A stretch of 39,453 nt of DNA. It comes from an uncultured Burkholderiales Genera incertae sedis bacterium. Lineage in GTDB: Bacteria > Pseudomonadota > Gammaproteobacteria > Burkholderiales > Eutrophovitaceae. Below are positions 27,581-37,664 of this stretch, piece after piece. The notes under the pieces were generated by a model. The model did not search any database. It had not been told where the DNA came from and saw nothing but the letters and a program-made list of their open reading frames with translations. The stretch is from assembly GCA_905479505.1 (NCBI GenBank), contig CAJQMS010000075.1:1-39453 (forward strand), given 5' to 3'. The position numbers were made by a program, and so were the translations under genes. Position 1 is the first letter of the stretch. Each line of letters opens with the position of its first letter.

Positions 27581-27614
27581 TAAAACTTATGAGAAATGGT
27601 TAATGATTTCAAAT

Positions 27615-28508
27615 TTAAATCGATCTAAGACGCTTCACAAACTGTTTAATATGCTCACCTATTTCATCCGCGCTATCCTCTTGGATAAAATGTAAACCAG
27701 GCACCGTTACCTCAAGTTGGTTAGGCCACTGCCGACACAATTCGCGTTGCCTGCCTACGAGGATAGACCCAGGTTCGGCATTGATAAATAACTTAGGAAC
27801 TTCTGCACGCGCAAGCCATTGTGAGTAGTCCTCAACGATATTCACGACCTCAAGCGGAGCACCCTGGATAGGAATTTGTCTAGGCCAGGATAGTGTTGGA
27901 CGTCGATCTTCGCCAGGCACTTCGAACGGGCGGCGGTATTCAGCCATCTCCGATTCTTTCAACGATCGCAGAATAGACCCTGGTAGTACTCGCTCAACAA
28001 ATACATTTTTATCTATAACCATCGCCTCGCCAGCCTCAGAGCGGAATCCTTGAAATACCTTACGAGCATTCTCTGGCCAATCATCCCAACTCAGAGCATC
28101 AACAATCGCCTCCATATAAACGATTCCCTGTACTCGTTGATCATGTTTACGTGCCCACTCAAACGCCAAGGCCGATCCCCAATCATGAATCACAAAAATG
28201 ATTCGATCCCCAAGGTCGAGTTGTTCCCAAGCCGCGAAAAGATATTCCCTTTGTTCAGCATAAGAATATCGATCTGCGCCGGAATCAGGCAATTTATCTG
28301 AGTCTCCCATACCAATCAGATCACATGCGATCAACCTGCCCAACCCCTCACAATACGGCATAACGTTACGCCATAGATACGAAGATGTTGGATTCCCATG
28401 TTGAAAAACAATGGAGTCTCCTTCGCCGACATCGATATAGGCCATTTTGCTACCCTTGACGTCCATCGTTTTCTTAGAGGCATAAGGTAGGTCATTAAGC
28501 ATTTTCAT
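27615..28508 (-). CDS. Haloalkane dehalogenase (HLD-II subfamily, DhaA/LinB/DmbA-like)
   Basis: [17 protein letters not shown], the nucleophile motif [11 protein letters not shown], and the C-terminal [14 protein letters not shown] with the catalytic His. Length of 297 aa is typical of the family. Confidence 0.85.
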   Translation of the reverse strand: MKMLNDLPYASKKTMDVKGSKMAYIDVGEGDSIVFQHGNPTSSYLWRNVMPYCEGLGRLIACDLIGMGDSDKLPDSGADRYSYAEQREYLFAAWEQLDLGDRIIFVIHDWGSALAFEWARKHDQRVQGIVYMEAIVDALSWDDWPENARKVFQGFRSEAGEAMVIDKNVFVERVLPGSILRSLKESEMAEYRRPFEVPGEDRRPTLSWPRQIPIQGAPLEVVNIVEDYSQWLARAEVPKLFINAEPGSILVGRQRELCRQWPNQLEVTVPGLHFIQEDSADEIGEHIKQFVKRLRSI

Positions 28509-28514
28509 AAGCCC

Positions 28515-29306
28515 TCATCGTCCTTCAAACGAAGGTTTTTGCTTGGCGACAAACGAGGCAATTCCATCCTGAGCGTCTTTCGTCGTCACCATCCGAGTAA
28601 TTTCTCTCGTCTCTCTCTCCATTTGCGATTCAAGCGTATCATTGGGAGACATCAGAACTAATCGTTTGACACCACCATGCGCAAGCGTAGGACCCTTCGC
28701 GAGACTGTGCGCTAGTTTATCCACCTCTGCTTGCAAGTCAGTTGGTGCGACCACCTTGTTGACAAGACCCCAATCCAGCGCCTCGTGTGCGTTCAGAGTT
28801 CGGTTTGTGAGATACAGCTCAAGCGCACGACGACGACCGATAACACGGGTCAAAAAATAAGTTGAGCTGCCGTCTGGAGTTAGACCGATATGAGTATAAG
28901 CGCTAGTGAATTTCGCTTTGTCTGACGCTATGACTAAATCACTACATGCTGCTAAGCTTAAACCAGCACCCGCTGCCGCACCGTTCACAGCCGCAATGAC
29001 CGGCGCATCCAGCCAAGCTAAACGAGATATTGCGATATGGAGGTATCCGGTCATCTCACGAACAAGAGCTTCTAGACGGTCTTTATTCTCATAGAATTCA
29101 CCAATATCACCTCCAGCACAAAAAGCCTTCTCGCCAGCTCCGGTAATCACAACGGCTCTTACGTTCTTGTCACCTGACATCATATTGACAATGTCATGAA
29201 GGTCTTTAGCGGCTTGTCCATTGACAGAGTTGAACGATTTTTCTCGATTAATCGTCACCCTAGCGATGTTATCTTCAAGGGTGTAAAGCATCGTTTCGAA
29301 TTCCAT
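28515..29306 (-). CDS. Enoyl-CoA hydratase/isomerase (crotonase) family protein
   Basis: VVITGAGEKAFCAGGDI and the oxyanion-hole region AAVNGAAAGAGLSLAACSD. The ATG at 29306 has AAGGAG 7 nt upstream; the track's longer ORF to 29390 is an N-terminal over-extension. Confidence 0.9.
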   Translation of the reverse strand: MEFETMLYTLEDNIARVTINREKSFNSVNGQAAKDLHDIVNMMSGDKNVRAVVITGAGEKAFCAGGDIGEFYENKDRLEALVREMTGYLHIAISRLAWLDAPVIAAVNGAAAGAGLSLAACSDLVIASDKAKFTSAYTHIGLTPDGSSTYFLTRVIGRRRALELYLTNRTLNAHEALDWGLVNKVVAPTDLQAEVDKLAHSLAKGPTLAHGGVKRLVLMSPNDTLESQMERETREITRMVTTKDAQDGIASFVAKQKPSFEGR

Positions 29307-29571
29307 TTCTTTCTCCTTATTAAATACTCGATTTTTTAACCTAATTTTCGCTAGCCTAGAACAGTGAAAATTGTAATTCCAATTCCTCAATCTTACGATA
29401 CGTTCTAATTTTATGCTTGAGCCTTACTGACACGTCAAGCGCTCATACTCAATTGAGTTTATACATAAAGTGTAAAGTTCTAAGGTATACTCTCTCCTCT
29501 AAATAACTGTCGAAGAACGACGGTGCAACAAATTTCAGTTTAAAGTGGATTCCAAATACAGGGAGATATTT

Positions 29572-30174
29572 ATGGCCGCATTATTTCAATCATTAGGGAA
29601 GACTATTATTGCCGGAATTATTATTTTGGTAGCCTTACTTCTTATAGCCTCTGGTACCGGCGACTCGAGCGGTATGTCGCACGCATGGGGCATATTTGTG
29701 ATGAGGTGGTTACACGTATTGTCCGGTGTCATGTGGATAGGATTGTTATGGTATTTCAACTTCGTACAAATACCCTCAATGCCAAAAATCCCGGACGAAC
29801 AAAAACCAGCGATTGGCAAGGTTATCGCACCCGCGGCACTGTGGTGGTTTCGTTACGGCGCCTTAGCAACCGTTGTCACAGGTATCATTTTAGCTTGGGG
29901 AAATGGTTACTTGGCTAACGCACTGGCCCTAGGAACCGGTCACTTAGCGATTGGGATCGGCATGTGGATGGCATTAATCATGGCCGCGAACGTATGGTTC
30001 ATCATCTGGCCAAACCAAAAGAAAGCATTAGGAATCGTTACCGTTGAGGCTGATCAAAAAGCAGCCGCAGCGAAAATGGCGATGATGGGATCGCGCTTCA
30101 ACACCATGCTATCCATACCGATGCTCTACATGATGGTTGCACAGCAAAATGGAGGTGGCGCACTAATTTGGTAG
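29572..30174 (+). CDS. Small polytopic membrane protein, possibly related to the PuuD urate-hydroxylase N-terminal membrane domain
   Basis: About five hydrophobic helices. The motif RWLHVLSGVMWIGLLWYFNFVQ resembles, from memory, the N-terminal domain of membrane urate hydroxylase. The family assignment is tentative. The ATG at 29572 is preferred over the GTG at 29545. Confidence 0.5.
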   Translation: MAALFQSLGKTIIAGIIILVALLLIASGTGDSSGMSHAWGIFVMRWLHVLSGVMWIGLLWYFNFVQIPSMPKIPDEQKPAIGKVIAPAALWWFRYGALATVVTGIILAWGNGYLANALALGTGHLAIGIGMWMALIMAANVWFIIWPNQKKALGIVTVEADQKAAAAKMAMMGSRFNTMLSIPMLYMMVAQQNGGGALIW

Positions 30175-30194
30175 TCAGCGCTAAGAAATCCAGT

Positions 30195-30224
30195 AAAAAA
30201 GCCCACGCATTTGTGGGCTTTTTT
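30195..30224. terminator. Bidirectional rho-independent terminator between convergent genes
   Basis: AAAAAA-GCCCAC-gcattt-GTGGGC-TTTTTT: a perfect 6-bp GC-rich stem flanked by an A-run and a T-run, 21 nt after the stop at 30174. Confidence 0.8.
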
Positions 30225-30308
30225 ACTTTGTACGGTCAGTGCGACCTCAACTCAATTATCTCAGCCTGTGCGCGAGACCCAAACGCCACTGTCGCGATAC
30301 TCCAATGC

Positions 30309-31562
30309 CTAAGTAAATGAAAAATCAACCTCTGGCTTTTTGCCGCTCACAATGTCTGCAATGGCTGCCCCAGAACCACAGGATAAGGTCCATCCGAGGG
30401 TCCCATGACCAGTATTCAAGAATAAATTAGCATATCTGGTCCCACCGATGATAGGGACACTCGATGGCGTCATAGGCCTCAATCCAGCCCACTTTCGAGC
30501 ATTTTCATAATCAATACCCCGAGGAAATAGCTGCTTGACTCGATTTGAAATACCCTCACAACGTGAATCGTTAACCGACAGATCATACCCATTGACCTCC
30601 GCTGTTCCTGCCACCCTTAAAAAGTCGCCAAGACGTGATATTGCCACTTTTCCATTCTCGTCCGTGATGCACACTTCAGGGGCTAAGCTCGGATCAATCA
30701 CAGGAATAGTTAAAGAGTAACCTTTCACTGGGTAAATAGATGTCCTAAGACCAATAGGTCTCAGCAGCGCGTCAGTTGCGCTACCGGTTGCGATGACGTA
30801 CGCGTCAGAATTTTTGACTGCGCTCATCCCGTCCTTAGTTTCCACACGAACACCGTGAATTGAGTCATTCGATCCCAAAAAGCCCAAGACTTTGGTATCG
30901 TACACAAAGTTAATCTTATGTTTACGCTTGCACGCTTCCTCAAGCTGCCTAGTAAACACATGAGCATCACCCGATTCATCATCCGCTGCATAAGTGGCAC
31001 CTACCACAGGCACCGACGATTGCGCGAGCGCGGGCTCAATTCGAGTTAAATCATCTCGACTACATATCGACATATCAAGCCCATATTCAAGTTGTGAAGC
31101 TAACCGCACATTAGCCGCCTCGAATTCGGCTTCATCTGTGTGAATTTGAAGAATGCCTTTTGTGACCTGGTTGTACTGGAGTCGCTCACTATCCCGAAGC
31201 TCTTGTAAAAGACGACGACTGAATAAACCCATGCGAAGAATATTCAGCATGTTGTCGTGTGTTCGAGTCGGGAGGCATTCCATCAAAAAACGCAACCCCC
31301 ATGACCACTGCCTCAAATCTGCACGCAATCGAAATAATAGCGGCGCATCCTCGCGACCGAGCCACTTGAGCACCTTGATAGGCGCACCCGGGTTGGACCA
31401 TGGCTCTGCTTGGCTAACCGATATTTGTCCGCCATTTGCATAGCTAGCACCGAGCGCCGAGCCTGAGCCTTGATCTATCACTTCGACCTCATGCCCACGC
31501 TCAGCGAGAAACCAAGCACTTGTCATCCCAACCACACCAGATCCTACGACGATAACCCTCAT
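30309..31562 (-). CDS. dadA: D-amino-acid dehydrogenase small subunit (FAD-dependent)
   Basis: MRVIVVGSGVVGMTSAWFLAERGHEVEVIDQ...ANGGQIS...PW..PG.P.K..KW parallels E. coli DadA from residue 1. Length is 417 aa. Confidence 0.8.
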   Translation of the reverse strand: MRVIVVGSGVVGMTSAWFLAERGHEVEVIDQGSGSALGASYANGGQISVSQAEPWSNPGAPIKVLKWLGREDAPLLFRLRADLRQWSWGLRFLMECLPTRTHDNMLNILRMGLFSRRLLQELRDSERLQYNQVTKGILQIHTDEAEFEAANVRLASQLEYGLDMSICSRDDLTRIEPALAQSSVPVVGATYAADDESGDAHVFTRQLEEACKRKHKINFVYDTKVLGFLGSNDSIHGVRVETKDGMSAVKNSDAYVIATGSATDALLRPIGLRTSIYPVKGYSLTIPVIDPSLAPEVCITDENGKVAISRLGDFLRVAGTAEVNGYDLSVNDSRCEGISNRVKQLFPRGIDYENARKWAGLRPMTPSSVPIIGGTRYANLFLNTGHGTLGWTLSCGSGAAIADIVSGKKPEVDFSFT

Positions 31563-31598
31563 TCTAAATATATATCCTTCCTCAACTCGCTGTTCTAT

Positions 31599-32357
31599 CT
31601 ACTGTGCAACCCAACCGCCATCAGACAAAATGTCGGTACCCGTGATGAATGATGCGGCGTCAGAACACAAAAATCGAGCGATCTCGCCGATTTGCTTAGG
31701 GTCTCCCCAACGATTTAAAGGGACATTCGACAGAAGCTCTTTGCTTTTACCTGGATCAGATCTGAAAGGAGCAGTTAAATCAGTGGTGTAAAAACCCGGG
31801 CTGATGGCAACAACATTGATTCCATCGGAAGCGTGTTCCAAAGCCAAACTTTTAGTAATCGCAAGAACGCCGTGTTTTGATGCGCAATAAGCGGAGCGAC
31901 CGGCGCTCCCAACGTTCGCCATAATCGATGTCATGTTAATGACTCGGCCCCATTGATGTGTTTTCATATGAGGAACAAAAGCCCGTGAACACAAAAATAC
32001 TCCCGTCAAGTTAGTCTCGAGCACCGTGTTCCATTCGTCTAAGGAAAAATCTATAAGATTTTTGCGAATCGCCGTGCCCGCATTGTTAATCAATATATGG
32101 GCAGGACCGAACCGCTCTTTAACTTTCTTCTCCAACTGCTCGACTTCAATCTCGGAGCGAACATCACAGATAAAGGTATCTGCGTCAACTCCGACTTCAT
32201 CTATTAAATCCTTCGACTCTAGAAGTTTATCTTCGTCTCTACCTACGCAAGCTATCGCTGCGCCATCATGGGCAAGACTAAGAGCCATAGCTCGACCTAG
32301 CCCGCGACTGGCTCCAGTGACAACTGCAATCTTTCCCTTCAACGGCTTGTCCGACAT
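31599..32357 (-). CDS. SDR-family oxidoreductase
   Basis: VTGASRGLGRAMA, NNAG, YCASKHG and ITGTDILSDGG. Confidence 0.9.
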   Translation of the reverse strand: MSDKPLKGKIAVVTGASRGLGRAMALSLAHDGAAIACVGRDEDKLLESKDLIDEVGVDADTFICDVRSEIEVEQLEKKVKERFGPAHILINNAGTAIRKNLIDFSLDEWNTVLETNLTGVFLCSRAFVPHMKTHQWGRVINMTSIMANVGSAGRSAYCASKHGVLAITKSLALEHASDGINVVAISPGFYTTDLTAPFRSDPGKSKELLSNVPLNRWGDPKQIGEIARFLCSDAASFITGTDILSDGGWVAQ

Positions 32358-32476
32358 AACTCTCTCCCAGTTCGTCTTTTATGTAAAACCTGAGTATACA
32401 ACCAACGGTGCTGTTAACATTTAGGTATAGTTTTTGTTTAATTTAATTGCAGCAGTTCGTAAAATCAAAAAAGATA

Positions 32477-34150
32477 ATGGTTCAAAACCTACATATAAAG
32501 CATTGGCCTAACCACTTACCAAAAAGTCTCGAAATGCCACAGAAGACGGTATTTGAAAACTTGGTTAATTCTAGTGAGCGATTTCCTGAGAAACCAGCGG
32601 TAGTCTTTTACGGCACCCAGGTGTTATATCGAGAGCTATTGAAACAAACTGAACAACTTGCTAATCATTTGAAAAATGAGTGCCTGATTAAAAAAGGTGA
32701 TCGGGTTATTATCGATTTGCAGTCGTCACCTCAATTTATAATTAGTTATTACGCCGTGTTATCAATAGGCGCTTTGGTTATTCCAATAAGTCCGATGAAC
32801 GTTCGCGATGAAATCAATCACTACTGTTCCGACTCTGGGGCTCGAATCGCAATAGTTAGTCAAGATGTCATGCACGAGTTCACCGGAGTCATAGAACAAG
32901 GGCTTGTGGATCAAGTCATTGTGGCTACTTATTCCGACTTTATTTCAAAGAACTTCTCTGGTGAAGTGCCAATTAATATCTCAGCGCCAAAAATGAAACT
33001 TAAACTGTCAAAAACGATCAGTTGGGCCGAGACCCAACGTAAAGTTGACAGCTCAAAGCGCGCTCAGGTCGCTCCAAGTGATCTCGCAGCCATCCTGTAT
33101 ACCTCAGGAACGACAGGACGGCCCAAGGGGTGCGTCCATACGCATGAAACGATCCTACGGAATATTGAAGGGGCTTTACTATGGGAAGGGGTTAGCCCTT
33201 CGTCAGTTCTGCTCTCCACAGCACCATTTTTTCATGTGACAGGAATGCAACACAGCATGAATGTGGGCATCGCCGCTGGGAGTTCGCTTGTTATCTTACC
33301 TCGATGGGACGCTAAAATTGCTGGTGAACTTATCGAACGCTACAGATGCACCCATTGGGCAAACGTACCAACTATGGTTGTTGATCTTTTAGCAGAACCA
33401 ACGGTTGAGACCAAGGATCTGAGCTCACTTCAGAATATTTTTGGTGGGGGCGCATCCATGCCAGAGGCGGTGGCACAGAAATTATTTGACCGATGCGGGG
33501 TTAAATACATGGAGGGATACGGCATGACCGAGGCGATATCTCAAACCCATATTAACCCCCCGCAAGAACTTCGCAAACAATGCCTAGGTATTCCGACATT
33601 CGATACCATATCGACCGTCATTGACCCAGATACACTGTGCGAACTTCCTCCTAATGAGACTGGGGAAATAGTAGTTTCTGGTCCTCAAGTCATGCTTGGT
33701 TATTGGGATCGGGAAGACGCTAATAAGGAGAGTTTCCTGAACATCGAGAATAATCGTTTTTTTAGGACAGGGGATCTTGGCAGGTACGACGAAGATGGAT
33801 TCTTCTATATCTCTGACCGAATCAAACGAATGATTAATGCCTCAGGATTCAAAGTGTGGCCAGCGGAAGTTGAGGCTACACTCTATAAACACCCTGCAAT
33901 AAAAGAATTAGCTATTATTTCCTCGCCAGATCTGCGCAGAGGCGAAACAGTGAAAGCAATGATTGTTTTGAAAAATGCGTTTCAAAGTAATGTATCTGAG
34001 GAGGACATCATTACATGGTCGAGGGAGCAAATGGCTAGCTACAAAATTCCACGACTCGTCGAATTCGTTAAAGACTTACCACGATCTGGCTCAGGCAAAA
34101 TCCAATGGCGGCTTCTTCAAGAAGCCGAATGGCAAAATCAATCACAGTGA
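32477..34150 (+). CDS. Long-chain-fatty-acid-CoA ligase-like AMP-binding enzyme
   Basis: LYTSGTTGRPKGCVHTHE, EGYGMTE, FRTGDLGRYDEDGFFYISDRIKRMINASGFKVWPAEVE and SGSGKIQWR. The ATG at 32477 is preferred over the track's TTG at 32447. Confidence 0.85.
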   Translation: MVQNLHIKHWPNHLPKSLEMPQKTVFENLVNSSERFPEKPAVVFYGTQVLYRELLKQTEQLANHLKNECLIKKGDRVIIDLQSSPQFIISYYAVLSIGALVIPISPMNVRDEINHYCSDSGARIAIVSQDVMHEFTGVIEQGLVDQVIVATYSDFISKNFSGEVPINISAPKMKLKLSKTISWAETQRKVDSSKRAQVAPSDLAAILYTSGTTGRPKGCVHTHETILRNIEGALLWEGVSPSSVLLSTAPFFHVTGMQHSMNVGIAAGSSLVILPRWDAKIAGELIERYRCTHWANVPTMVVDLLAEPTVETKDLSSLQNIFGGGASMPEAVAQKLFDRCGVKYMEGYGMTEAISQTHINPPQELRKQCLGIPTFDTISTVIDPDTLCELPPNETGEIVVSGPQVMLGYWDREDANKESFLNIENNRFFRTGDLGRYDEDGFFYISDRIKRMINASGFKVWPAEVEATLYKHPAIKELAIISSPDLRRGETVKAMIVLKNAFQSNVSEEDIITWSREQMASYKIPRLVEFVKDLPRSGSGKIQWRLLQEAEWQNQSQ

Positions 34151-34176
34151 ATCTGACAGAATCCGAGAGAATCCAA

Positions 34177-35469
34177 ATGACAACAATAAATGATCATGAT
34201 CAGGCACTCCAACAAGAGATCAATACTGTGTATGAAGAGCAAGAAGGCGAAATAGTCTCTTTTTTATGTGATCTAATCAAGCACCCGAGTCTACTTGGAG
34301 AAGAGCACAGCGCACAGAATCTAATGGAAGAAACGTTCGTTAATTTAGGGCTCGACATTGACCGGTTTCCGATAAATCACGAAGCATTAAAATCTGTCGA
34401 TGGATACTCCCCATCAGTTGGCGAGTGGGATGGTCACGACAACATCGTGGGTATCCACCGGGCTCGGTCCAACAACAAAAGATCGCTCATCCTCAATGGT
34501 CACATTGATGTTGTACCTGTAGGTGCGGAAGACCTATGGTCTTCAGGACCCTTTAACCCCACCATCAGCAATGAGCGCATCTTTGGTCGTGGTGGCGGAG
34601 ATATGAAAGCGGGCATTGCTGCCTACGTATTTGCCTTTAAAACACTAAAGAAACTTGGATACCGACCGGCGAGCGATGTCTTTCTGCAATCAGTTGTTGA
34701 GGAGGAGTGCACTGGAAACGGCGCGCTAGCTTGCTTACATCGAGGCTACAGAGCTGACGCCGCGATCATTCCAGAACCCTTCAATGAGACAATTATGTCC
34801 GCCCAAATGGGGGTGATGTGGTTACAAATCGAAGTCACTGGAAAACCTGCGCACGTCTTACACGACACAAAAGGAAGTAATGCAATTGAAGCGGCTTTTA
34901 AAATTTGGGCTCACCTCAAAGGTTTAACTGTAAAATGGAATCATCAAAAACACCCTGCATTTGAAGATACAGAGAATCCCGTCAAATTTAATCTTGGAAA
35001 AATTAACGGCGGTGAATGGGCTTCATCCGTTGCCACCAAATGCACCATGGATATCCGGTGCGGCTTCTACCCGGGAGAGGAGCCAAAGGATGTTCGAACA
35101 TCCATAGAAAATCACTTAAACAAGGCAATCAGTGGCGATGCAAGTTTAGCTGGAACCAATCACTCAATTTCCTACCAAGGATTTCAATCACCTGGATGTG
35201 TCGTCGATACCAGCAGCGAGTTCATTCAACTGTTGAGTAGTACGCATGAGGCCGCGTTGGGCAGACCCACCCAATTATTTGCCAGTGCCGCCACGACCGA
35301 TGTAAGAACGTTCGAACTATACGGGCACATTCCAGCAACTTGTTACGGGCCAGAAGCATTAAATATTCATGGCATCGATGAATCGGTCTCTATTAAGAGC
35401 ACGGTTGACGTCAGTCGAGTCATCTGTCACTTCATCACTCAATGGTGTGGAATCGAAAAAGACAGATAG
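34177..35469 (+). CDS. M20-family metallo-deacylase (ArgE/DapE/aminoacylase-like)
   Basis: NGHIDVVP, GRGGGDMKAG, and the EEE(C)TGNG metal/catalytic glutamates. The ATG at 34177 is preferred, because the track ORF from 34105 overlaps the preceding gene. Confidence 0.8.
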   Translation: MTTINDHDQALQQEINTVYEEQEGEIVSFLCDLIKHPSLLGEEHSAQNLMEETFVNLGLDIDRFPINHEALKSVDGYSPSVGEWDGHDNIVGIHRARSNNKRSLILNGHIDVVPVGAEDLWSSGPFNPTISNERIFGRGGGDMKAGIAAYVFAFKTLKKLGYRPASDVFLQSVVEEECTGNGALACLHRGYRADAAIIPEPFNETIMSAQMGVMWLQIEVTGKPAHVLHDTKGSNAIEAAFKIWAHLKGLTVKWNHQKHPAFEDTENPVKFNLGKINGGEWASSVATKCTMDIRCGFYPGEEPKDVRTSIENHLNKAISGDASLAGTNHSISYQGFQSPGCVVDTSSEFIQLLSSTHEAALGRPTQLFASAATTDVRTFELYGHIPATCYGPEALNIHGIDESVSIKSTVDVSRVICHFITQWCGIEKDR

Positions 35470-35487
35470 ACACAAAAATATTCCAGA

Positions 35488-37203
35488 TTATCGCTTTTGG
35501 TTATATCGCAAAAAATTGAAATCACACCCCAGGGGGGCTTGGGTCACCGTCTCGTAGTAAAGTCGCGCGTACCCTCTACTCGGGATATCAGGTGCCTTCC
35601 AATTTCTTTGACGAAGTGCCAGTTCTTCTTCAGAAACTAAGAGATCCAGCTTTTTCTCCTTCACCGACAGTCGTATTTGATCACCCGTTCGGACAAAAGC
35701 TAAGCTTCCGCCTGAAGACGCATCGGGCGAGACGTGCAATACAACTGTACCGAAAGCAGTACCGCTCATTCTCGCATCCGAAATACGAACCATATCCTTT
35801 ACACCTCGCGCTGCGAGCTTTTTAGGGATAGGTAGATACCCTGCCTCCGGCATACAAGACGCACTTTTTGGGCCCGCATTTTTCAAGACTAAAAAATCGT
35901 CCTCTGTCACGTCTAACTCTTCCGAATCGATGCGACTGCTCAGATCCTCTAACGATTCAAAAACTACGGCCCTTCCCGTACGCTCAAAAAGTCTAGAATC
36001 AGCAGCGGCCCGTTTTATGATGGCGCCTGTAGGTGCTAAAGTACCAAAAAGCGCAATTAATCCACCCTCCTTTTGATACGGCTCTTTAAACTTACGAATA
36101 ACATTTCGATCCACCCATTTCGGCGGTTCAGATAACCATTGTCCTAAAGTTTCACCCGTAACAGTCAAACAATCTAAATGCAGTTGATGTTTTAATTCAT
36201 GCAAAACAGCAGTGAGACCGCCAGCCGCAAAGAGATCTTGCATATAATGATCGCCAGTAGGCTTCAAATTAACCAAAACAGGCGTCTCATCGGAGATACG
36301 ATTGATTGTTTCAAGCGGCAAGTCAATTCCACATCGCCCAGCGATAGCCGCTAAATGAACAACCGCATTGGTTGATCCGCTAATCGCAAGTAAGACCGTC
36401 AGAGCATTTTCAATAGCCTTCGAAGTAATAATTTGTTGCGGCAAAGGTGAGCCGCTCACTGCCATTTCCATGGCACGCTCACCACAGGCCTCAGCCAGAC
36501 GAAGTCGATCAGCATGAACAGCCGGAATAGCCGCCCCGCCAGGCAAGCTCATAACGAGAACCTCAGTAATACAAGCCATCGTGCTCGCCGTACCCATTAC
36601 CGCGCAGGTGCCAGCCGTCGTTGCTAGCTTGCCCTCGATATCGTTGATTCTTGCATCGGAGATCTCTCCCGCTCGATATTTGCCCCAAAACCGTCGACAA
36701 TCTGTACAAGCACCCAACTGTTCGCCTTCGAAAGGCATTGCCAACATGGGGCCGGTGACTAACTGAATAGACGGGATATTAGCCGATGCAATACCCATAA
36801 GTTGAGCAGGAACGGTCTTGTCGCAACCACCAATCACAACACATGCATCAATAGGTTGAGCCTTCAACATCTCCTCAACATCCATTGACATGAGATTTCT
36901 AAACATCATGCTGGTGGGAGATAGAAACACCTCACCCAACGAAATCGTCGGAAAATCAATCGGCAAACCCCCACGCTTTAGAACGCCTCGTTTCACTGCT
37001 TCAACCAAATCTGGCATCGACCGGTGACAATTATTGAATCCGCTGGGTGAGGTTGCTATACCAATAATAGGGCGACTTAAACTGTCTAACGAGTAGCCCA
37101 TTGATCTGGCAAATGAGCGGCGAAGATATGCCGCAAAACCAGGGTCACCGTAATTCGTCAAGTTTCGCGTGATACCTTGACTCATATTTTTTGGGTCAGT
37201 CAT
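35488..37203 (-). CDS. IlvD/Edd-family dehydratase (dihydroxy-acid / sugar-acid dehydratase)
   Basis: PIIGIATSPSGFNNCH, the CDKTVPAQLMG Fe-S ligand region, and SDARMSGTAFGTVVLHVSPDA. Length is 571 aa. Confidence 0.85.
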   Translation of the reverse strand: MTDPKNMSQGITRNLTNYGDPGFAAYLRRSFARSMGYSLDSLSRPIIGIATSPSGFNNCHRSMPDLVEAVKRGVLKRGGLPIDFPTISLGEVFLSPTSMMFRNLMSMDVEEMLKAQPIDACVVIGGCDKTVPAQLMGIASANIPSIQLVTGPMLAMPFEGEQLGACTDCRRFWGKYRAGEISDARINDIEGKLATTAGTCAVMGTASTMACITEVLVMSLPGGAAIPAVHADRLRLAEACGERAMEMAVSGSPLPQQIITSKAIENALTVLLAISGSTNAVVHLAAIAGRCGIDLPLETINRISDETPVLVNLKPTGDHYMQDLFAAGGLTAVLHELKHQLHLDCLTVTGETLGQWLSEPPKWVDRNVIRKFKEPYQKEGGLIALFGTLAPTGAIIKRAAADSRLFERTGRAVVFESLEDLSSRIDSEELDVTEDDFLVLKNAGPKSASCMPEAGYLPIPKKLAARGVKDMVRISDARMSGTAFGTVVLHVSPDASSGGSLAFVRTGDQIRLSVKEKKLDLLVSEEELALRQRNWKAPDIPSRGYARLYYETVTQAPLGCDFNFLRYNQKR

Positions 37204-37220
37204 AAAATATTTACCGTTGA

Positions 37221-37664
37221 CTATCGATTACTAAGTTTACGAGTCTTAAACCCTCTCTGAATGTGCACCCAAGCAACCAGGGGGAGCGCTAGTCCAACTA
37301 CCCAATGAACGATTGCGCTAACATCTCGAATCCCTTCCGCACCTAAATAATATAGGAAATAGCCCGATACACTTAGCACCGCCATAGTCAACAACATAAA
37401 AATACCTGTCCACAGATTACGACGCATAGTCCAAGCACGCACTATGTGGCCTGGGATCACACTGCCAAGCCCAATCATCATTAAGGCTGCTGTTATTCCG
37501 TGGGTCGAAATGAGAAAGTGCTCGATGGGATGATGCATCGGCCCAAATTCACCTTCAATACGAACAAAATAATGAAAATAAAGCCATAACGCACCAGATA
37601 AAGTCAACACCACGCCGACAACGTAGAGATACCATTGATGAATTTGACCAAGTTTAATTGGCAT
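37221..37664 (-). CDS. His-rich four-helix membrane protein (DUF4405 / cytochrome-b-like candidate)
   Basis: 147 aa with four predicted TM helices carrying conserved-looking His residues (FHYF, MHHPIEH, STHG, VHWVV, WVHIQ). It overlaps the apbE stop by 11 nt. The heme-b assignment is inference. Confidence 0.5.
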   Translation of the reverse strand: MPIKLGQIHQWYLYVVGVVLTLSGALWLYFHYFVRIEGEFGPMHHPIEHFLISTHGITAALMMIGLGSVIPGHIVRAWTMRRNLWTGIFMLLTMAVLSVSGYFLYYLGAEGIRDVSAIVHWVVGLALPLVAWVHIQRGFKTRKLSNR

